The position numbers and the translations under genes are program-made. DNA of 32,000 nucleotides, from assembly GCA_039818725.1 (NCBI GenBank), contig JBCBTK010000002.1, positions 256,817 through 288,816 on the forward strand, read 5' to 3'. This document shows, one piece after another, positions 26,146-32,000 of the stretch. The first letter of the stretch is position 1; every line of letters starts with the position of its first letter. The DNA is from Pseudomonadota bacterium (GTDB lineage Bacteria > Pseudomonadota > Gammaproteobacteria > Pseudomonadales > Halieaceae). The notes below the pieces were generated by a model that saw only the letters and a program-made list of their open reading frames with translations, was not told where the DNA came from and ran no database searches.

Positions 26146-27156
26146 TCAGCGCAGTACCGCGTTCTTGTCCCAGCTGATCCTGCGCTGCAGGAACAGCATC
26201 GCGCGGTCGAGCAGATAGCCGACGATACCGATCACCAGCACAGCGACCATGATCCGGCCGAGCGAGTTCGAGCTGCCGTTCTGGAACTCGTCCCATACAA
26301 ACTTTCCGAGTCCCGGGTTCTGGGCGAGCATCTCCGCCGCGATGAGCACCATCCAGCCGGTCGCCAGAGAGAGACGCATGCCGGTGAAGATCATCGGGAC
26401 GGCGGCGGGCAGCACGATCTTGCGCACGTGCACCAGCGGCGGCAGCGTGATCACGCGGCTCACGTTCACCAGATCGCGGTCGATGCCCGCAACGCCGACG
26501 GTGGTGTTGATCAGCGTTGGCCACAGGCAGCACAGGGCGACGGTGAACGCCGAATTCAGGAACGCCTTGTCGAACGCGGGTTCATCGACGACGTAGGTGG
26601 CGCTGACCACCATGGTCACCAACGGCAGCCAGGCCAGCGGCGACACGGGCTTGAAGATCTGGATGATCGGGTTGATCGCCTGGTAGGCGCTCTTGCTGAG
26701 ACCGCAGAGAAGGCCCAGGGGTACGGCGATGAGGTTCGCGAGGATAAAGCCGACGGCCACGGTCTTCAGGCTTGTAAGTACCTGATCAACGAAAGTCGGC
26801 TTGCCGGTGTAGCTGCGCCACTTGATAACGGCGTCGGGGTTCTTCTCCAGTTTCTTCGCGTTGCGCTCTTCCTGGCGTTGGTAGAACGCGCGTTCTTTCT
26901 CGCGGGTCCGCACGTGCTCTTCGCCGAGTCCCTTGACCTGCTCCCAGACCTGCGCGGGCCCGGGAAACTGGCCAAGAGATGTATCGATGCGATTTGCCGC
27001 AAACTGCCAGAGCATCAGGAACAGGACGATCCCGATCATCGGCAGAACCATGCCCTGCGCGACGGCGGCAAAGTCGATGGCCGGCAGCTTGAGCGTGAAT
27101 CGACGTCCCGGCCGTTCGCCCGGGGCACCTCCTGCAAGGACAGCTGTATCGGTCAT
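26146..27156 (-). CDS. nrtB: Nitrate ABC transporter permease
   Basis: FILANLIAVPLGLLCGLSKSAYQAINPIIQIFKPVSPLAWLPLVTMV...FGKFVWDEFQNGSSNSLGRIMVAVLVIGIVGYLLDRAM. Confidence 0.9.
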   Translation of the reverse strand: MTDTAVLAGGAPGERPGRRFTLKLPAIDFAAVAQGMVLPMIGIVLFLMLWQFAANRIDTSLGQFPGPAQVWEQVKGLGEEHVRTREKERAFYQRQEERNAKKLEKNPDAVIKWRSYTGKPTFVDQVLTSLKTVAVGFILANLIAVPLGLLCGLSKSAYQAINPIIQIFKPVSPLAWLPLVTMVVSATYVVDEPAFDKAFLNSAFTVALCCLWPTLINTTVGVAGIDRDLVNVSRVITLPPLVHVRKIVLPAAVPMIFTGMRLSLATGWMVLIAAEMLAQNPGLGKFVWDEFQNGSSNSLGRIMVAVLVIGIVGYLLDRAMLFLQRRISWDKNAVLR

Positions 27157-27214
27157 AACCGGAACCTCGGATCGAGAGAGTTGCTAGGGCCTGTTTGCGC
27201 TACCTGCGGTGAAC

Positions 27215-28657
27215 CTAGAGAACGTCCGCCTTGAGTCCAATGGCGAACTTGTCCAGGTAGGCATTGGGCCGGGTGCCGTCGTAGGCGACGCCGTCAATAA
27301 ACTCCTTCTGTTCCGGGCGGTAGCCGCTCTCAGAGGAGAAGTCGGGGAAGTCCGTCGGCTCCATCAGTCCCTCGGCGATGAGTTCCTGAGCGGCAGCCGC
27401 GTAGATATCCGGGCGATAGACGCTCGCCGCCGTTTCCTTGTACCAGTCGTCGGACTTGGGTTCGGATATCTGGCCCCAGCGGCGCATCTGCGTCAGATAC
27501 CAGACGGCGTCAGAGTAGTAGGGGTAGGTCGCGTAGTAGCGGAAAAACACGTTGAAGTCCGGCACCTGACGCTTGTCACCCTTCTCGTACTCGAAGGTGC
27601 CTGTCATGGAATTGGCGATCACATCGTAGTCGGCGCCGACGTACTCGGAGCGCGCCAGTATCTCCACCGCTTCGGGACGGTTGGCATTGTCGTTCTCGTC
27701 CAGCCACTGCGCGGCGCGCAGCAGTGCCTTGACGATGCGCACCGTGGTGTTCGGGTACTGCTCCGTGAACTCCTTGGTGAGGCCAAAGACCTTTTCCGGG
27801 TTGTTCTTCCAGATTTCGTAGTCGGTGATCACAGGAACGCCAATGCCCTTGAACACGGCCTGCTGGTTCCAGGGCTCGCCGACGCAGTAGCCATAGATCG
27901 TTCCCGCTTCCAGCGTGGCCGGCATCTGTGGCGGCGGGGTGACGGAAAGCAGGGCGTCGGCCTGGAGCTGGCCCGACGTATCACCCTTGTGCGGCGCGTA
28001 GTAGCCCGGGTGGATGCCACCGGCGGCCAGCCAGTAGCGCAGCTCATAGTTGTGCGTGGACACCGGGAATACCATGCCCATGTTGAAGGGCTTACCCTCG
28101 TCGCGGTACTCGTCGACGATGGGTTTCAGCGCATCGGCCTTGATCGGGTGGACGGGCCTGCCGTCCTCCATGGGAATGTTTTCCTTCATCGCATCCCAGA
28201 CTTCCGTGGACACGGTGATGCCATTGCCATTGAGGTCCATGGAAAAGGGCGTAACGATGTGGGCCTTGGTGCCGAAGCCGATGGTCGCGGCGAGGGGCTG
28301 GCCGGCCAGCATGTGCGCGCCGTCGAGCTGCCCGTCGATGACGCCGTCGAGAAGCACCTTCCAGTTGGCCTGGGCCTCCAGCGTCACGTAGAGACCTTCG
28401 TCCTCGAAGTATCCGTTTTCGTAGGCCACGGCGAGGGGCGCCATGTCGGTCAGCTTGATGAAGCCGAACTTGAGTTCGTCGCGTTCGGGCTCTCCCAGTT
28501 CTGCCTGCACCGCACCCGCCAGGATCAGGCCGCAGGCCGCGAAGCCGCGCGTTAATCGGCGTAGCCAGGATGCGCCGGGCCAAATGCCTTCAGCGAACGG
28601 TGCCTCTGCGATCGATGCTTTCGCATGCGACGGTGTGGTGCTTTGAACTGGGTGCAT
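27215..28657 (-). CDS. nrtA: Nitrate ABC transporter substrate-binding protein
   Basis: [68 protein letters not shown]...[37 protein letters not shown]. Confidence 0.92.
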   Translation of the reverse strand: MHPVQSTTPSHAKASIAEAPFAEGIWPGASWLRRLTRGFAACGLILAGAVQAELGEPERDELKFGFIKLTDMAPLAVAYENGYFEDEGLYVTLEAQANWKVLLDGVIDGQLDGAHMLAGQPLAATIGFGTKAHIVTPFSMDLNGNGITVSTEVWDAMKENIPMEDGRPVHPIKADALKPIVDEYRDEGKPFNMGMVFPVSTHNYELRYWLAAGGIHPGYYAPHKGDTSGQLQADALLSVTPPPQMPATLEAGTIYGYCVGEPWNQQAVFKGIGVPVITDYEIWKNNPEKVFGLTKEFTEQYPNTTVRIVKALLRAAQWLDENDNANRPEAVEILARSEYVGADYDVIANSMTGTFEYEKGDKRQVPDFNVFFRYYATYPYYSDAVWYLTQMRRWGQISEPKSDDWYKETAASVYRPDIYAAAAQELIAEGLMEPTDFPDFSSESGYRPEQKEFIDGVAYDGTRPNAYLDKFAIGLKADVL

Positions 28658-29018
28658 TGCTCCCCCTATCTACTGGATATTCCGACGCCTCCCCGCTCGC
28701 GCAGCGCGCGTTATCGGGTAAGGCTTCATTGCCAGGGGGGAGACGAATTTGACGTGGTCTGGCACAAGGCCGACTGCCTTAGCCTATTCAAGCGCCGTGC
28801 TCGCCGGCACTTATTCATGCAAAAACAACACTTTAGCTGTGGTCTCTGGGGCCTGACGGACCGAAGCGATTCCGCGACGGCGGCATTTCTGCACCCTCGC
28901 CGGGCACCGTTTTCCCGATTCGGTCCCGCTTTGGTGCACCGATGAAGGATCTGTTCCGACGCGATCGGTCACATGCCCGTGGCGCTCTACCGATTGCTCC
29001 CAACAGCTGCTAACGGCG

Positions 29019-30212
29019 CTAGAGAGCGGCGGCGAGGAGCCGATCGGGGCCCAGTTCAATTCCCGGAGCCAGGGACCACACGTCGTCGTGGCAATCGTCC
29101 TGCTTGTAGTCGCTGTCCGGGGCGGGCTCATTGAGCCAGCGCGCCGCCTCGCGGTAGAGATCGGTGCGGAAGCACTGCTGAATGAGCGAGCCGACCTGCT
29201 CGCGACTGAACTCGCGTCCGAGCTGCGAACCCATGTGCTTCATGAGCCGGTCCGCACCGGAGCGCCAGGGAAAGCCCGCAAGATAGCGACTGAACACGTG
29301 AAAATCCGGCATGGAAACGGGCGCCTCCCCCTTGCGGAACACGAACTCGCCCGTGAGCGAGGGACGCAGGCGAATCTCCGGAAGATCCAGGTATTGAGGT
29401 GCCTGCAGCATTTCCACCACGGCCTCGCGATTGTTCTGCGCCGCCAGCCAGCGACTCGCCTCCATCAACGCCAGGCGCAGGCGAAGATGGGTGGCGGGGT
29501 GGCGCTCGTGCCAGGCTTCGGTTACACCCAGCACCTTCTCCGGAGCGTTGTTCCAGATTTGATATCCCGTGGCCTGCACGGCGCCGATGCCCAGCTGCAC
29601 CGCGACGGTATTCCAGGGTTCGCCCACACAGAAGCCATCGATCACTCCGCGCGCGAGGCTGTCCACCATCTGCTGTGGAGGCAGCACGATAATGCGTACA
29701 TCGCGGTCCGGATCGACACCGCCTGCGCGCATCCAGCGGCGCAGCTGGAAGGAGTGGCAGGAGAAGCTGTGGGCGGCGGCGAAGGTCAGCTCGGCGCCGC
29801 CACCGCGGGCATCAAGGCAGCGCCGCAGAGCCAGGGCGCTGCTCGCAGCGCTGTTTACCGGATCCGACCCATGCTCGCGCAGCAGGGCATCGAGGCTCGA
29901 GGAAACCGTGATGGCATTGCCATTGAGGCTCAGCGTAAGACCGGTAACGATCGGCGCGCGCAGCCCGCCGAGGCCGAGAGTTGTAGACAGAGGCAGCGGC
30001 GCGAGCATCTGCGCGGCCTGAAGGTCGCCCATCACGAGTTTGTCGCGCACGTTCGCCCAGGAAACCTCCCGCTGCAGCTGCACCTTGAGCCCGAAACGTT
30101 CATAGAGGCCGAGTTCGTAGGCCGCTATCACGGGCACGCTGTCCGAAAGACGCAGGTAGCCGAGGCGCAGCTCCGGATTTTCGGCGGGGGGCAGGCTGGT
30201 TGGATCGGTCAT
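29019..30212 (-). CDS. nasS: NasS/NrtA-like nitrate-binding sensor protein
   Basis: LRLGYLRLSDSVPVIAAYELGLYERFGLKVQLQREVSWANVRDKLVMGDLQAAQMLAPLPLSTTLG...FCVGEPWNTVAVQLGIGAVQATGYQIWNNAPEKVLG. No signal peptide if started at ATG 30212, which forms an ATGA overlap with the nasT stop (ORF track begins at 30278). Confidence 0.85.
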   Translation of the reverse strand: MTDPTSLPPAENPELRLGYLRLSDSVPVIAAYELGLYERFGLKVQLQREVSWANVRDKLVMGDLQAAQMLAPLPLSTTLGLGGLRAPIVTGLTLSLNGNAITVSSSLDALLREHGSDPVNSAASSALALRRCLDARGGGAELTFAAAHSFSCHSFQLRRWMRAGGVDPDRDVRIIVLPPQQMVDSLARGVIDGFCVGEPWNTVAVQLGIGAVQATGYQIWNNAPEKVLGVTEAWHERHPATHLRLRLALMEASRWLAAQNNREAVVEMLQAPQYLDLPEIRLRPSLTGEFVFRKGEAPVSMPDFHVFSRYLAGFPWRSGADRLMKHMGSQLGREFSREQVGSLIQQCFRTDLYREAARWLNEPAPDSDYKQDDCHDDVWSLAPGIELGPDRLLAAAL

Positions 30213-30829
30213 GAACGGCCTCCCTGGCCGCGATTGAGAATGGCGAGAACGTCGCGCGCCGCCGCGCCGATGGAGCACTGGCGATCCATGGCGAGCTTGC
30301 GCAGCGCGGCGTAGGCTTCGTCCTCACTCACGCGCCGGGCCTGCATGATCAGACCCTTGGCCTGGTCTATAACCTTACGGTCACTGAGCTTCTGGCGCAT
30401 CTGGTCAAGCTCCGTGCGCATTTCGCGGTAGGTGGCGAAGTGCGTGCCGGCAACGGCGATGGCGGTGCGCGCTCGCTCGGCGTTGATCCCCTCGGCCTGG
30501 TAGGCGGTCACGCCTGAGCGGATCGCATCCGCGACGAACTCCTGGTCATCGGCCTCCGAGAACATCACCACAGGACGGGGATTGTGCTGCGAGGCGATAG
30601 CCAGACTTTCCAGTACATCGCGATCGGGCGAATCGAGAGCGATGAGAACAACATCCGGAACCAGCGTCGTCATCTGATGCAGCAAACCGCTTGCGGTGGG
30701 GATGGCGGCAAGCACTTCGAAGCCGCTCTCCAGAAGTCCGCGCTCCACGAGGGCGGCGCGCTCCTCGTCGTCGTCGATAATGAGAAGACGCAGTTCCGAG
30801 CTGGCTTCAGCGGTCACGATGCGCCGCAC
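30209..30829 (-). CDS. nasT: NasT-like ANTAR-domain response regulator/antiterminator
   Basis: LRLLIIDDDEERAALVERGLLESGFEVLAAI receiver start; C-terminal ANTAR 'KLSDRKVIDQAKGLIMQARRVSEDEAYAALRKLAMDRQCSIGAAARDVL'. Confidence 0.87.
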   Translation of the reverse strand: MRRIVTAEASSELRLLIIDDDEERAALVERGLLESGFEVLAAIPTASGLLHQMTTLVPDVVLIALDSPDRDVLESLAIASQHNPRPVVMFSEADDQEFVADAIRSGVTAYQAEGINAERARTAIAVAGTHFATYREMRTELDQMRQKLSDRKVIDQAKGLIMQARRVSEDEAYAALRKLAMDRQCSIGAAARDVLAILNRGQGGRS

Positions 30830-30990
30830 CGCGCAGGCTGCCCTTCCAAGACGACCGTTCCCGGGGTACTGAGAAAATCTTCCCCACCAGCGGCTGCGTA
30901 GGCTTCAGGCATAAGGAGCGACCGCTGGCATCGACCGCGCGCAGCGCTGATTGGAAGGCTCTGAGTGAGAATAAGCACGATGCTAGCGTA

Positions 30991-31007
30991 TACAAATTTC
31001 ACGCCAA
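30991..31007 (-). promoter_or_regulatory. Possible degenerate sigma-54 -24/-12 element upstream of nasT
   Basis: Minus strand TTGGCGTGAAATTTGTA compared with TTGGCACNNNNNTTGCW: GG retained, -12 GC is GT. Confidence 0.2.
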
Positions 31008-31029
31008 CCCGGCGCCGGAGGCCGCGACT

Positions 31030-32000
31030 ATGCAGCAAAGAACGAAAAGTAAGCGATTGGCGCCCAGGCCGTTGGTCTTCTTCCTGTTCATTGTCGCCCC
31101 CGTCTGGGTAAACGCGGGCGATGCGGCCATTTCGATTCCCGAACCCCTGGCCGCCAACGCGGCGGAAGCGGTCCTGCGTGATGGAGGCAACGCCGTCGAT
31201 GCCGCCGTGGCGACGGCCTTTGTGCTCGCCGTAACGTTTCCGGAAGCCGGCAACATCGGCGGCGGCGGTTTCATGACTCTGTTTTTTGAAGGCGAGAGCC
31301 GCTTCCTCGACTATCGTGAGACGGCGCCGGGCGCGGCGACGAGGGACATGTATCTCGATGAGCGCGGCGTCGCTGTATCCGATGCCAGCCTGATCGGTCA
31401 TCGAGCAAGCGGCGTACCCGGCACCGTCGCCGGGCTCTGGGAAGTACACAGTCGCTATGGCCGCCTCCCATGGAAGCGACTTGTCGCTCCGGCGATCGAA
31501 CTCGCGACGACGGGTTACCGCATACCGCTGTGGATGAGTGATCTCATCGCCGAGTCGCAAGACGAGTACGCCGGACGCACCAACTTCGCAAACTACTACG
31601 GTGATCTTCAAGCGGAGACGCAGTTCACGCAGCCCGACCTCGCCGCCACCCTGGAACGAATCGCCACGACGGGTGCCGATGGGTTCTACCGCGGTGAAAC
31701 GGCTCGCCTCCTCCTCGCGGAAATGGAGCGCGGAGACGGATTGATCAGCGCGCAAGACCTGGAAAGCTACCGTCCGCGATGGCGCGAACCGCTGAGCGCC
31801 GAGTGGCGCGGCTTCGAAGTCGTGACGGCACCACCGCCGAGTTCCGGCGGTCTTGCGATTCTCCAGTACCTGCGGATCAAGGACATGCTCGGGCGCGAGT
31901 TCAACGAGATCGCGCACAACTCCGTGCGTTACGTACACCTGAAAGCCGAGATCGAGAAACGTATCTTTGCCGACCGGGCGGAACATATGGGAGATCCGGA
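31030..32000 (+). CDS. ggt: Gamma-glutamyltransferase family protein, N-terminal part (runs off the window)
   Basis: Manual translation from ATG 31030: MQQRTKSKRLAPRPLVFFLFIVAPVWVNAGDAAISIPEPLAANAAEAVLRDGGNAVDAAVATAFVLAVTFPEAGNIGGGGFMTLFFEGESRFLDYRETAPGAATRDMYL...GVPGTVAGLWEVHSRYG. Signal peptide present. Missing from the ORF track because no stop falls in the window. Confidence 0.92.
   Translation, partial: MQQRTKSKRLAPRPLVFFLFIVAPVWVNAGDAAISIPEPLAANAAEAVLRDGGNAVDAAVATAFVLAVTFPEAGNIGGGGFMTLFFEGESRFLDYRETAPGAATRDMYLDERGVAVSDASLIGHRASGVPGTVAGLWEVHSRYGRLPWKRLVAPAIELATTGYRIPLWMSDLIAESQDEYAGRTNFANYYGDLQAETQFTQPDLAATLERIATTGADGFYRGETARLLLAEMERGDGLISAQDLESYRPRWREPLSAEWRGFEVVTAPPPSSGGLAILQYLRIKDMLGREFNEIAHNSVRYVHLKAEIEKRIFADRAEHMGDP

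Noticed and set aside
24601-27234. 877-aa plus-strand ORF across three nas genes
   Set aside because: Antisense to nasC/nirB-like, nrtD and nrtB genes with clear homology; composition is typical of stop-depleted GC-rich antisense frames.
27209-28555. 448-aa plus-strand ORF
   Set aside because: Exact antisense of nrtA; shadow ORF.
28751-28784. Sigma-54 site TGGCAC near 28760 (+)
   Set aside because: TGGCAC is present but the -12 TTGCW part is missing and the orientation is opposite to nrtA.
29088-30314. 408-aa plus-strand ORF
   Set aside because: Antisense of nasS; shadow ORF.
30814-31986. 390-aa minus-strand ORF
   Set aside because: Antisense to the gamma-glutamyltransferase, which has clear family motifs on the plus strand.

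Overview
High-GC proteobacterial (probably gammaproteobacterial, by inference) chromosomal window with four blocks. (1) About 1-11,000 is a cell-surface glycan locus: five glycosyltransferases plus an apparent NDP-sugar module (C-methyltransferase, SDR epimerase/dehydratase, RfbC-like 3,5-epimerase, PIG-L deacetylase, RfbF-like nucleotidyltransferase, DUF4910-type aminopeptidase-like protein). (2) About 11,400-14,550 holds a small membrane protein, an outer-membrane 'transporter/neuromedin U'-type protein and a convergent BtaA/BtaB-like betaine-lipid pair with GTGA stop/start overlap. (3) About 14,700-19,660 holds a REC-PP2C(SpoIIE)-STAS protein facing a giant YfiR-domain hybrid kinase (HisKA-HATPase-REC-REC-Hpt). 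(4) About 19,870-30,830, minus strand, is a nitrate assimilation locus (nasT-nasS-nrtA-nrtB-nrtD-FAD/BFD electron-transfer protein-nasA, then DUF1353), followed by a divergent, truncated gamma-glutamyltransferase. No CRISPR array, tRNA, rRNA or mobile element was found. The most interesting items are the two-gene signalling module, the betaine-lipid locus, the NirB-like protein without a siroheme domain, the T9 homopolymer in the 5' end of the nucleotidyltransferase gene, and a repeat-encoded short ORF in frame with the first glycosyltransferase. All family assignments come from motif recognition by eye; no database search was run.
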